From Nitrospirota bacterium (lineage in GTDB: Bacteria > Nitrospirota > UBA9217), in NCBI GenBank assembly GCA_963705595.1, contig CAVPKD010000006.1, positions 321,781 through 385,780 on the forward strand: a stretch of 64,000 nucleotides of DNA, read 5' to 3'. Under the pieces are notes generated by a model that did no database searches, was not told the origin of the DNA, and was given only the letters and a program-made list of their open reading frames with translations. Position numbers and translations under genes: made by a program. This document shows, in pieces, positions 49,710-59,164 of this stretch (its first letter is position 1; the number at the start of each line of letters is the position of its first letter).

Positions 49710-49775
49710 GCAGAGTGCAGAGCGCAAGGCGCAAAGGGATTAAACGCCGTGTTCCATGCTCTATGCTTTATGGGA
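49710..49775 (+). repeat. Heptamer-periodic inverted element between the permease and ATPase genes
   Basis: GCAGAGT GCAGAGC GCAAGGC GCAAAGG (49710-49737) faces CATGCTC TATGCTT TATGGGA (49755-49775). Confidence 0.5.
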
Positions 49776-49791
49776 AATTACAGGAGTAGGC

Positions 49792-50463
49792 ATGTCATTC
49801 ATAAAAATCTCAAACGTAACCAAGACTTTTCATGCCGGCGATGAAGAGTATGATGCTCTCAAAGGGGTTTCGCTCGGTATCAACTCCGGCGAGTTTATTG
49901 CCATCATGGGGCCGTCAGGTTCGGGCAAGAGCACCCTCCTGTCGCTCATCGGTGGATTAAGCAAGGCGACCTCAGGCGTTGTGTCCATCGACAGTATTGA
50001 TCTGGGCAGTCTCGGGCCGAACAGGCTTTCCGATTTCAGACGCGAATATCTTGGGTTTGTGTTCCAGTCCTTTTATCTCGTTCCCTATCTCACTGCGCTC
50101 GAAAATGTAATGCTTCCGCTCACGATCCAGCCAGGGCTGAACGGCACGGCACGTGGCATGGCGCATGAATCGCTAGCGCGGGTCGGGCTGGATGCCAAGG
50201 CAGGGCGTTTGCCATCCCAGCTTTCAGGCGGAGAGCAGGAGCGGGTCGCGATTGCGCGCGCTATAGTGAACAAGCCCGCCCTTATCCTCGCCGATGAGCC
50301 CACGGGGAATCTGGACACAAAAACGGGGAACAAGGTGCTCGATATGCTCGCGGGTTTGCATGCCGAAGGCCGTACGATTGTGATGGTAACCCATAGCCGG
50401 GAGAACGCAGAACGGGCTGAGAGGGTCATCGAGATTAGGGACGGGGAGATTATGAGAATGTAG
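49792..50463 (+). CDS. ABC transporter ATP-binding protein (LolD/MacB type)
   Basis: GPSGSGKST Walker A, LSGGEQERVAIARA signature, LILADEPTGNLD Walker B; AGGAG RBS before ATG 49792. Confidence 0.9.
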   Translation: MSFIKISNVTKTFHAGDEEYDALKGVSLGINSGEFIAIMGPSGSGKSTLLSLIGGLSKATSGVVSIDSIDLGSLGPNRLSDFRREYLGFVFQSFYLVPYLTALENVMLPLTIQPGLNGTARGMAHESLARVGLDAKAGRLPSQLSGGEQERVAIARAIVNKPALILADEPTGNLDTKTGNKVLDMLAGLHAEGRTIVMVTHSRENAERAERVIEIRDGEIMRM

Positions 50464-50612
50464 GACGCGAATGCGTCAAGGGGCGACGAAGCCAGTATCA
50501 TGCCTCGGTAGCCGCAATGTCATAAAAGACTAACGACTAACCACATAACCGAAACGAGCGTCGTAGTCGTAACTGTTATTGCTGAACGATCTTGATCATG
50601 CGTGGCCATAAC

Positions 50613-51257
50613 TTAAAATTCAAACAGTAATCCTGCAAGCCAACTCGTCCCACCGAGATTGATTGAGCCAGACGTAGTGGTGTTTGCCATGGCGCGTATA
50701 TACTCCGCCTCTACGAAAAAGTAAGTGTGGAACATGCCGTAGTCAAGGTACATGCTTGTCGACGCGCTCGGATCAATACCATCAAGCAACAATTGAAGTC
50801 CAGCCCTCCCATGATAACCATTTGTCGAACCTCGCGTCACTTCCTGAGACTGAACCTCCTCCCTGTAGAACATTGTGGTCCACCCTCCGCCGACGTAGGG
50901 AACGAGCCACTGATTCTCGCTGAATAGCCCGCGGGCCAGAATAAATACGTTTAACGGCGCTGACGCATATTTCACGTTGCCCGTAATCGTTTGGTGTATC
51001 GGAGCGAAGCCCTGGCCGTTATCCTTCATATACAGGCCTTCTATGCCGAATTCCAGCTTCCTCGAAATCTTGTATGCCAACGAACCGCCGTACTCGATCG
51101 TGTATCTCTGGCCATAATACGCAGACCAGTTTTCAATATCAGGGATAAATTCGCCACCCTTTAACTCTAGGGACCAATGTGGCCGTTTTGGGGCTTCTTC
51201 TGCAAGAGCAGCCATCGGCAAGATGGACAGGATCATCACCAAGACGAGTTTTTTCAA
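50613..51257 (-). CDS. Outer-membrane beta-barrel protein (about 214 aa)
   Basis: TTG start after GGAGG; signal MKKLVLVMILSILPMAALA; alternating beta pattern; C-terminal ...GLLFEF*; 4-nt overlap with the upstream gene. Confidence 0.6.
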   Translation of the reverse strand: MKKLVLVMILSILPMAALAEEAPKRPHWSLELKGGEFIPDIENWSAYYGQRYTIEYGGSLAYKISRKLEFGIEGLYMKDNGQGFAPIHQTITGNVKYASAPLNVFILARGLFSENQWLVPYVGGGWTTMFYREEVQSQEVTRGSTNGYHGRAGLQLLLDGIDPSASTSMYLDYGMFHTYFFVEAEYIRAMANTTTSGSINLGGTSWLAGLLFEF

Positions 51258-53053
51258 CGTATGCCTCCGGAATGTACGAACTTCTTTCTGTAGCGCAGAC
51301 ATCCCACAAGGAATCCGACTGACAGAAGAACGGTCAATTTAATGAGTAAAGATGTCCTCATAAGGAAAAGAGCACCTCCAACTGCCGGCATGAGCGCTGT
51401 ACGTACTGCGGGCTTGAGCCATGGATTAGCGTTTAAAAACGCCGCGCCGGTCGGGCCGTATTGATAATACCAGTGGACGAATGCCCTGCCAGGGGTATTG
51501 GTCATGAGATACTGGTCACGAAACTCGCGCAATACTTGCACTTGTGGCGCAGAATAAAATCCGTATGCAGCCGTTGCAATAAAGCAGCCTTTGTTCGGCA
51601 GGTTTGGGTACGGGGCTATAGCTTCGGGGAAATCCGAGACTTCGTTCGACAAACCGCTCTCCATCACCGGTCCAAGAGGAACGGACGCTTCTTGAGAATA
51701 AGTGCTCTCATGATCCACTCCGGGCGAGGAAGGCGAGCTAGTGTTGTCGACTGCAGTGACCGCAATAAAATAAATCGATTGGGTGACAGCAGAGACCGCC
51801 ACTTTATATGTTTGCCCGTTCATGAGCCCGGACAGAACAAAGGACGTAACATTTCCAACATTGATGGTATTCTCGCTCGTTGATGCGATGCCGTAGTGGA
51901 CATTGTAGCCTGTCGCGCCACTGACGGAAGACCACGAGAGGATAAGGCTTGTGTTCGCCGGCGAAGGGGGGAAAAGTACCGGGGCAGTGGGCGCAGCATT
52001 CGTGGATGTCAATCCGCTGATTATCGTGCTCGTAATCGTGCTTACAACGCTCGATTTAACCTGATAGGGCGCACCAGAAACGTTCAGGCTGTAGTAAATG
52101 TTGTACCCTCCCGGCATAACGGTATTGGTCACCAGGTAAGAGTTGTTCGATGTCCAGCTGAGGGCTATTGATGATGCCGACGCCACAGTGGCTGACTGGA
52201 TGGCAACTGGAAACGGAATTGTATCGGAACTCGGTCCGCCATACGCCCCGATATCGCTTACTGAGCCGTTAAAACTGTCCGGCCCGCTTATGTTCGTACC
52301 CGCATCGATGCAAGGAGACCCCTGCTTCAGATGAAAATCTCCCATTGTTTGCGAGGGGTTCACAAAGAGGGGATCTGAGTTCGCGACCACGTCATTCGGG
52401 ATGGAGTTTGTGCCGACTCGTTCGGCAGGGGCAAAAAAACAGTTGAAATCGATGCCTGATTGTGAAAGCGAACCGCTTTGGCTGATGTTCATCGTATTGT
52501 TTGAAAAGATGTTGTTGATAATTTGTATTGTGTCCGAATCTCGTGTGACAGCGGTCCCGTTTTGATAAAAAGTATTGTTAATGACTGCTACGCTAGGAGA
52601 ACCCTGAATTTGAATGGCAGTACCGCCGGTTCCTACCGTAAACACGTTATTCATGATTTTTAGTGTTGAGTTCCCGCTAACCTGAATCCCTGTTGTAGCG
52701 GTTGTAATCGTAAAATTGCTGAATGTCACTATGCCGGTTATGCCATTCGCAGTTACCGCGGTCCCAGTACCTCCTCCGCTGATGATCGTCCTTGCGGTTT
52801 CCCTGCCTGCAATGGAAATCCCGCTTTTTAACACAATTCCGCCGGGATAGGTCCCCGGTTCTACAAGCACAGAGTACGTGGTACCGGTATTTGCCGAAGC
52901 CAGACTCGCCGCATTGTCTATTGCTGCCTGTATAGTTGAAAAATCGTTAGGAACGTTCAGCGTGACAGTTGCCGCCAGCAGACTCTTCGGGGCACCTATC
53001 AAGAGAAGTAGCATGATCGCTGCGAGGATGAGTGCCGAGTTTTTTGTTTGCAT
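51254..53053 (-). CDS. Secreted right-handed beta-helix plus FN3-repeat protein with a CFIATAAYG...LREFRD C-terminal module and a terminal TM helix
   Basis: Signal MQTKNSALILAAIMLLLLIG; repeated NN(V/T/I)F turns; two FN3-like units (SWSS..GATGYNVHYG); GCFIATAAYGFYSAPQVQVLREFRD. Confidence 0.7.
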   Translation of the reverse strand: MQTKNSALILAAIMLLLLIGAPKSLLAATVTLNVPNDFSTIQAAIDNAASLASANTGTTYSVLVEPGTYPGGIVLKSGISIAGRETARTIISGGGTGTAVTANGITGIVTFSNFTITTATTGIQVSGNSTLKIMNNVFTVGTGGTAIQIQGSPSVAVINNTFYQNGTAVTRDSDTIQIINNIFSNNTMNISQSGSLSQSGIDFNCFFAPAERVGTNSIPNDVVANSDPLFVNPSQTMGDFHLKQGSPCIDAGTNISGPDSFNGSVSDIGAYGGPSSDTIPFPVAIQSATVASASSIALSWTSNNSYLVTNTVMPGGYNIYYSLNVSGAPYQVKSSVVSTITSTIISGLTSTNAAPTAPVLFPPSPANTSLILSWSSVSGATGYNVHYGIASTSENTINVGNVTSFVLSGLMNGQTYKVAVSAVTQSIYFIAVTAVDNTSSPSSPGVDHESTYSQEASVPLGPVMESGLSNEVSDFPEAIAPYPNLPNKGCFIATAAYGFYSAPQVQVLREFRDQYLMTNTPGRAFVHWYYQYGPTGAAFLNANPWLKPAVRTALMPAVGGALFLMRTSLLIKLTVLLSVGFLVGCLRYRKKFVHSGGIR

Positions 53054-53342
53054 GCGTTTTGCCTTCGGTTGAGCTAGCGAAATTTCATAAACCATAACAT
53101 AAAGAGAGCAAAAAAGTCAAACCGCTGAACTTATGGTGAAGCACGGCGAAAGCATGAACTATAAAAAACTGTTTACTAATGATTTAGCTGGCTTGCGTGG
53201 CAAGGTATGCTATACTTTATTATCACGTAAAAACTGCGAACTGGATTTCGGCCTTCATCTATTTATTCTAAGGACGTTTTTGTGCTGTGGTTTGATACAC
53301 TGTTTTGTCTCATTTCACTGGCAGGTTCGGAGGATGATATTC

Positions 53343-56300
53343 ATGGCAATACGTGGCCATCTCGGCCCACTTTTTTTCATGGCGGTGTTCATGATCGCAT
53401 CGACGGCATCCGCCTACCAGCAGATCGAGTTTGTTCGAGAAATCGGTGATTCCGGTAAAAAAGCCAAGGAGCGTCTGTTGAACTCACCTAGGGCAATGGC
53501 CCTTTCCGAGGAAAAAATTTATATCGCCGATACCGATGCTCACCGGGTTGTTGTGCTTGATATGAGCGGCAAGACGGTGCTCGCATGGGGCGTGAAGGGT
53601 GATAAGCTCGGGCAGTTCAAGTCGCCTGCAGGCATCGCTGTTGATGAACAAGGCAAAGTGTATGTCTCGGATACGGGCAACGGCCGTATCCAGGTGTTTG
53701 ACACCAAGGGGAAATGGGTCAGGAACATCGGCGGCAGGGGCAGCGGAACGCGGGAATTCAACAGTCCTTCGGGGATTGTCGTTCGCCGGGGGCTCCTGTA
53801 TGTCGCCGATACGGGCAACAGTCGTGTGCAAGTACTCACCTACGACGGTATCTTCATTGGACAGATTACCGTGAAGACCAAGAAGGACGAGATGAAGGCG
53901 CCGGTGGCGGTGGCGTTGGACGTGCAGAACAGGGTCTATGTGCTTGATGCCGACGACAATAACGTCCGCATATTCGACCCTGCAGGAACACAGCTCGAAA
54001 AGTTCGGCTCCCGGGGTAAGGGCACCGAAGGGTTTCATAAACCGCAGGGACTCGCCGTGGACAACCGTGGAAGCATCTACGTGGCAGACACGGGAAACTA
54101 TAAGCTCAAGAAATTTAACGCTGAGGGCAGGCTGCTTGGCTCCCTGGGTTCTGAAGGTGAGGGGCCGGGCCAGTTCCGAGAGGCCGCGGGGATAGACATC
54201 GACCGGGACGGCAAAATCTTCCTGCTCGATGCCGGGAAGAACACGCTCCAAATATTCGCATGTGAACACAGTGACGACCAGCCGCTCGCGCCGGCATCCC
54301 CGTTGCCGACGGTTGAACTCGCGAAGGACATGCCGGGCGAGGTAAACGCCCTTGCCGCGGATAAGCGGGTATGGGCCCTCGTGGGCGATTCGATCACTGC
54401 TGTCGGTGTTCACGGTGTCCGCACCATCGGCTCCCGCGGCAGTGCTCCCGCACTGCTCAAGAACCCTCGTGGATTGACCGTGGATGGAGCAGGAAATTTC
54501 TGGGTAGCCGATACCGGCAATGACAGGCTGCAGAAATTCAGCTCGCAGGGCAGTCTGCTCCACGTGATCGGGAAATCGGGTTCAGGTGAGGGGGAATTCC
54601 GCTCGCCGTCGGGTGTTGCAATCAGCTCCAAAGGTTCCATCTACGTCGCCGACACAGGCAATAAGCGGGTGCAGGTATTCAGCTCTAAAGGCATTTTCCT
54701 CGGCACCTTCGGCAAAGGGGGGAAGCACCGCGGGCAATTCAGTGAGCCCGTAAGTTTAGCATTGGATGGCTCGGAGTTTGTTTACGTAGCAGACCGCGGA
54801 AACGACAGGGTATCAAAATACGACAGCAACGGCACTCTCGTATGGGAAATGGGCAAGACCGGCAAGCAGGACGGCGAATTCAATGCACCTTCGGACGTCA
54901 TCGTTTCTCCGGACGGGGAGCTCTTTGTTCTCGATGCGGGCAATGCGCGTGTCCAGGTTTTCGACAACCGTGGAAAATTTATGAGAAAGTTCGGAAGCGA
55001 AGGCAGGTGGCCTGGGGAGTTCCGGTCGCCCCAGGGGCTGGCCATGGAGGCAGGCGTCAGGCTCTATGTGGGAGACCGGGGCAACGGTAGGGTGGAGGTC
55101 TTTTCGCTCCGCTATTCGCCTGCGGTGCCCCGGGGCCTCACGGCGCAGGCAAGGGCGAACGAAATCCAGCTGACCTGGATGGAAAATGCTGAGACATTCC
55201 TTGAGCATTATAAAGTATACCGCGCCGACTCACCAACCGGTGAGTTCAAGCTCATCGGAACGCCGTCGGAACCGTTCTATATCGACAGGAACCTTCTGAG
55301 CAACCGAACATTCTTCTACCGCGTGGCGAGCAAAGCGAAAGAAGGCAATGAGAGCGCAGCGTCCGAGTCGGTCGTTGCCGTGACGCCGAAGCTTGTTCCC
55401 GCCCAACCAAAAAAGGTGCGCATAGAACCGTCGGAGAAGGAAATTACGCTCTCCTGGCTTCCGAACGCCGAGCCATTTGTGAGCCATTACCGCGTGTACC
55501 GCACGAAGCAGTTGAAAACGGATTTCGAGCTCGTGATCAGGACAGAAAAGGCTGTTTTTGTAGACAGCCCGCTCCCTGACGAAACGCGCTACTACTATCA
55601 GATCACGGCCGTGGGGAAAGAGGGGGACGAGAGTCACCCGAGCGACGTGGTGGTCGCCTCGACGCTGAAGGTGCCCCTCACTGAACCGCCAATCAAGATC
55701 AGCCGAATCGAGATCAGCGAGATCTTTGCGGCCGCGTACAAGTATTACGAATCGCACCCGTTGGGGAAGGTCGTGATCACGAACAATACCGACCAGACCT
55801 ATACCAAGGTGAAGCTTGGCATTGCAATTAAGGGTTTCATGGATTTTCCCGCGGAGATCGAGATCGCTGAGATCACTCCGAAACAGCATGTAGAGCTGCA
55901 GTTTAAGCCGGTCTTCAGTAATAAGATCCTCGATGTAACCGAGAACACTTCTCTTCAGAGTGAGATTACGCTCACCTATTACGTGGCGGGAGAACCCAAG
56001 ACCGTGACGCGGAGCTTTCCGGTAACGCTGTACGAACGGCACGCGATACGGTGGGACCAGAAGGCAAAAGCAGGTTCGTTCGTGACAGCCAAAGACCCGG
56101 TCGTGGCAGATTTCACTAGGGCGGTGATCCGGCCGTATGTGGACACGTATCCCAATCTGCCCAAGTCGATCGTGTATGCACGAGTCATCTATGATGCTCT
56201 CGGTGTTCTGGGAGTCTCCTATATCGTGGATCCGACGCCGTTCCATGAATTTTCCGAAAACACCGCAATCGTGGATTACACCCAGTATCCCCGCGAGGTG

Positions 56301-57143
56301 CTCACGAGAAAGAGCGGGGACTGCGACGACCTTTCCATGATGTTTGCCGCCGCCGAGGAAAACATCGGGATCGAGACGGCCCTTGTGGACGTGCCGGGTC
56401 ATGTCTTCGTCATGTTCAATACCGGGATAGCCGAGAAAGAGAGGAGTTTGTGCGGGTTCCCCGACGAACTTCTGGTCCTGTACCAGGGCACCGCCTGGAT
56501 ACCGCTTGAGATGACCATGGTTGGCTCATCGTTCACGCGGGCATGGCAGAAAGGCGCCGAAGAGTACCGCGACTGGTCGGCCAAGGGAAAGACGGAGATA
56601 ATCAGCATCCATAAGGCATGGGAGCAGTTCAAGCCGGTAACGCTGCCGCCTGCGGATGGAAAGGCAATCAAGGTTACGAGCGGGGAGATCGAGGCAAAAT
56701 ACAAGGGCGAGCTTCAGGCCCTCGCTGCGCAGCGGCTCGCCAACCTTTCGGAGTCACTTATCAAATCACTCAAGAAAAATCCGACCGATCTGAGCGCGCT
56801 GAGCCAACTCGGGATAGCATACGGCGAGAATGGCTTCTATGCCGAGGCGCTCGAGCAGTTCCAGAAAATGCTTGCTGTTGACAAGGACAACGCCGCAGCC
56901 CTCAATAACGTCGGGAACATTAACTATCTGCAAGGGAGGCTGGACGATGCGCGCCAGGCATACGAAGCGGCGCTCAAAATTTCCGGTATGGACCCGGGGG
57001 TCATGGTGAACCTGTCCCGCGTCTTTTTGCAGATGGGCAAGAAGGAAGATGCGAACAAGTGGTTCAGAAATGCAATTGCTCTCGATCCACGGGTGGTGCA
57101 TCAGTACGGCGATCTTGCGGCGAGCCTGGGAGTAGTGAAATAG
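53343..57143 (+). CDS. Giant secreted NHL-repeat / FN3 / transglutaminase-like / TPR protein (about 1266 aa)
   Basis: About 16 NHL units (F.SP.G(I/V)A(V/I)D..G..YV(A/S)DTGN.R(I/V)QVF), two FN3 units, SGDCDDLSMMFAAA...VPGHVFVMF (Cys/His core), C-terminal TPR; ATG 53343 after GGAGG. Confidence 0.75.
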   Translation: MAIRGHLGPLFFMAVFMIASTASAYQQIEFVREIGDSGKKAKERLLNSPRAMALSEEKIYIADTDAHRVVVLDMSGKTVLAWGVKGDKLGQFKSPAGIAVDEQGKVYVSDTGNGRIQVFDTKGKWVRNIGGRGSGTREFNSPSGIVVRRGLLYVADTGNSRVQVLTYDGIFIGQITVKTKKDEMKAPVAVALDVQNRVYVLDADDNNVRIFDPAGTQLEKFGSRGKGTEGFHKPQGLAVDNRGSIYVADTGNYKLKKFNAEGRLLGSLGSEGEGPGQFREAAGIDIDRDGKIFLLDAGKNTLQIFACEHSDDQPLAPASPLPTVELAKDMPGEVNALAADKRVWALVGDSITAVGVHGVRTIGSRGSAPALLKNPRGLTVDGAGNFWVADTGNDRLQKFSSQGSLLHVIGKSGSGEGEFRSPSGVAISSKGSIYVADTGNKRVQVFSSKGIFLGTFGKGGKHRGQFSEPVSLALDGSEFVYVADRGNDRVSKYDSNGTLVWEMGKTGKQDGEFNAPSDVIVSPDGELFVLDAGNARVQVFDNRGKFMRKFGSEGRWPGEFRSPQGLAMEAGVRLYVGDRGNGRVEVFSLRYSPAVPRGLTAQARANEIQLTWMENAETFLEHYKVYRADSPTGEFKLIGTPSEPFYIDRNLLSNRTFFYRVASKAKEGNESAASESVVAVTPKLVPAQPKKVRIEPSEKEITLSWLPNAEPFVSHYRVYRTKQLKTDFELVIRTEKAVFVDSPLPDETRYYYQITAVGKEGDESHPSDVVVASTLKVPLTEPPIKISRIEISEIFAAAYKYYESHPLGKVVITNNTDQTYTKVKLGIAIKGFMDFPAEIEIAEITPKQHVELQFKPVFSNKILDVTENTSLQSEITLTYYVAGEPKTVTRSFPVTLYERHAIRWDQKAKAGSFVTAKDPVVADFTRAVIRPYVDTYPNLPKSIVYARVIYDALGVLGVSYIVDPTPFHEFSENTAIVDYTQYPREVLTRKSGDCDDLSMMFAAAEENIGIETALVDVPGHVFVMFNTGIAEKERSLCGFPDELLVLYQGTAWIPLEMTMVGSSFTRAWQKGAEEYRDWSAKGKTEIISIHKAWEQFKPVTLPPADGKAIKVTSGEIEAKYKGELQALAAQRLANLSESLIKSLKKNPTDLSALSQLGIAYGENGFYAEALEQFQKMLAVDKDNAAALNNVGNINYLQGRLDDARQAYEAALKISGMDPGVMVNLSRVFLQMGKKEDANKWFRNAIALDPRVVHQYGDLAASLGVVK

Positions 57144-57147
57144 ATCA

Positions 57148-57237
57148 TTTCGGATTGTGGATCGGGAATTAGAGAATAAAAATTAAATAGTGCTACGATT
57201 TCAGGTTTAATCCTCACTCCGTACTCCGCAATTCAAA
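57148..57237 (+). repeat. Imperfect inverted repeat downstream of the NHL gene, plus-strand specific
   Basis: 57152-57161 pairs with 57234-57225; 10 consecutive pairs on the plus-strand RNA including 2 G-U (57153/57233, 57158/57228). Confidence 0.55.
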
Positions 57238-57252
57238 TAAGGAGGCGTTATA

Positions 57253-57663
57253 TTGAGAAAGATAGTTTTTCTCGCCGTTCTTTGCTTATCCGCCACCATG
57301 GCTCTTGCGCAGGAGCAGGAAAGAAAGGCTGGCCCCAGCATCTCGGAATGGCTGAAGGGGCTTCAGAAAAAGCTTGAGCAGATCGTGCCGAGGAAATCTG
57401 TCCCGCTGAGCATGGTAGTTGCTAGGGGTCACGACGCGAGGGATGACTCCCAGCCCAAGCTCTATTGGAAAGGGAAAAAGGGCGACGAAGCGGTGACGGA
57501 AGAAGAGCTCACGAAATTCAAATTGGCAATCAACACAGTGGAAAAGGGCGACCGAACGGGTGCAATCAAGGAGCTCGCAGAGTTCATAAAACAGTATCCT
57601 GACAGTGACCTGATACCGGACGCCAAGAAGACGCTCGATCTGGTGAAGGAGAAAGGGAAGTAA
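57253..57663 (+). CDS. Small secreted protein with a YbgF/TPR-like C-terminus
   Basis: TTG start 8 nt after AAGGAGG; signal peptide ...LSATMALAQE; ...AIKELAEFIKQYPDSDLIPDAKKTL. Confidence 0.5.
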   Translation: MRKIVFLAVLCLSATMALAQEQERKAGPSISEWLKGLQKKLEQIVPRKSVPLSMVVARGHDARDDSQPKLYWKGKKGDEAVTEEELTKFKLAINTVEKGDRTGAIKELAEFIKQYPDSDLIPDAKKTLDLVKEKGK

Positions 57664-57683
57664 GAGAGGAACCATATCCCCTA

Positions 57684-57795
57684 CTGTTGTTGCGAGCCAA
57701 AGGCAATCTCGGTTTGGTCGCTCGCGATAAACTCCGCAATCTCATTTTTCCAGGTCCTAAGATCGTACGACATGACCCTCCTCGCAATGACAATG
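57684..57795. repeat. Long-range inverted repeat (TGTTGTTGCGAG ... CTCGCAATGACA) in the spacer upstream of ampG
   Basis: 57686-57697 versus 57781-57792 (10 of 12 complementary), with additional GCAATCTC copies at 57703-10 and 57736-43. Confidence 0.45.
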
Positions 57796-57892
57796 AAATT
57801 GACGGATCTTGATATTGATCTGCAAGGCAGGGACATCGCTCTGCCTTATTTTTTTCTGGATGTTTGACCGGCAATCTGATAGTCTTGCCCGC

Positions 57893-59164
57893 ATGATACA
57901 ATCGCCTGCGGCGTCCAGAAATCCATGGACATTTCTGCCCACGCTCTATTTTGCCGAAGGCCTGCCCTACGTCATCATCAACACGGTGTCGGTCATCCTA
58001 TACAAGCGGATGGGGATCGACAACGCCCACATTGCGTTCTGGACCAGCTTCCTTTACCTGCCGTGGGTAATCAAGATGTTCTGGGGCCCACTCGTGGACA
58101 TCTATTCTACCAAGAGGACTTGGATCCTATCCATGCAACTCGCCATGAGCGTGTGCATGTTCCTCCTCGCGTTCTCGCTCAAAACAGACGTCTTTTTCCC
58201 CCTATCGCTGTTGGCGCTATTAATCGGAGCGTTCATTTCAGCGACCTACGACATCTCTACCGATGGATTTTACATGCTCGCTCTCACCGAAAAGGAGCAG
58301 GCGCTGTTCGTCGGGATCAGGGCCGCTTTCTACCGGCTGGCGATGATCTTCGGTTCCGGTGTGCTCGTATACCTGGCTGGTATACTTGAGGCGTCCACCA
58401 GAAACATCGCTATGAGCTGGACCGCGGTCATCTCCATCTCAGCGCTTATATTCGCGCTGGCCTTTGTGTACCATACGGTCACACTCCCTGTCCCGGCTGC
58501 CGACAGGAGGCGTTCAGTACAAGAGAGAACTGATCATGCTTCCTTCGGCGAGGTCATCCGGTCGTACTTCCTCCAGAGGAAAATCGGGGTTATGCTTGCG
58601 TTTATTCTGCTCTACCGGCTGGGCGAGGCCATGCTCATCAAGCTGGTCTCTCCCTTTTTGCTCGACCCGAAGAGCGCCGGAGGGCTGGAACTGACGACGA
58701 AGCAGGTGGGTCTGGTCTATGGGACGGTGGGTATTCTCTCGCTCGTCATCGGAGGGATCCTGGGGGGGTGGCTGATATCAAGGTTTGGGTTCAAGCGGTG
58801 CATCTGGCCTATGGTGCTAGCCATGCATATCCCCGACCTTTTTTTTGTCTACATGGCCTACGCACAGCCCGGCAGTGATCTCATCTATCCGCTCGTGGCG
58901 CTCGAGCAGTTCGGCTATGGAGTTGGCTTTACCGTGTTCACGGTCTATCTTATGTATTCGGCAAACGGCAAATACAAAACATCGCACTATGCCATATCGA
59001 CGGGTATTATGGCGCTTGGCATGATGCTCCCGGGATTTATTAGCGGATACGTTCAGCAGGCCGTGGGCTACAAGATGTTTTTTATTATCGTCTGCCTCAT
59101 GACGATCCCGGGCATGTTGACCATCCCCTTCATCCCGAAGGAGGGGCTGGACAAAAATACATGA
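57893..59164 (+). CDS. ampG: AmpG-family MFS permease (muropeptide/lysolipid-type)
   Basis: PTLYFAEGLPYVIINTVSVILYKRMGIDNAHIAFWTS..LPWVIKMFWGPLVD; 12-14 TM helices. Confidence 0.75.
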   Translation: MIQSPAASRNPWTFLPTLYFAEGLPYVIINTVSVILYKRMGIDNAHIAFWTSFLYLPWVIKMFWGPLVDIYSTKRTWILSMQLAMSVCMFLLAFSLKTDVFFPLSLLALLIGAFISATYDISTDGFYMLALTEKEQALFVGIRAAFYRLAMIFGSGVLVYLAGILEASTRNIAMSWTAVISISALIFALAFVYHTVTLPVPAADRRRSVQERTDHASFGEVIRSYFLQRKIGVMLAFILLYRLGEAMLIKLVSPFLLDPKSAGGLELTTKQVGLVYGTVGILSLVIGGILGGWLISRFGFKRCIWPMVLAMHIPDLFFVYMAYAQPGSDLIYPLVALEQFGYGVGFTVFTVYLMYSANGKYKTSHYAISTGIMALGMMLPGFISGYVQQAVGYKMFFIIVCLMTIPGMLTIPFIPKEGLDKNT

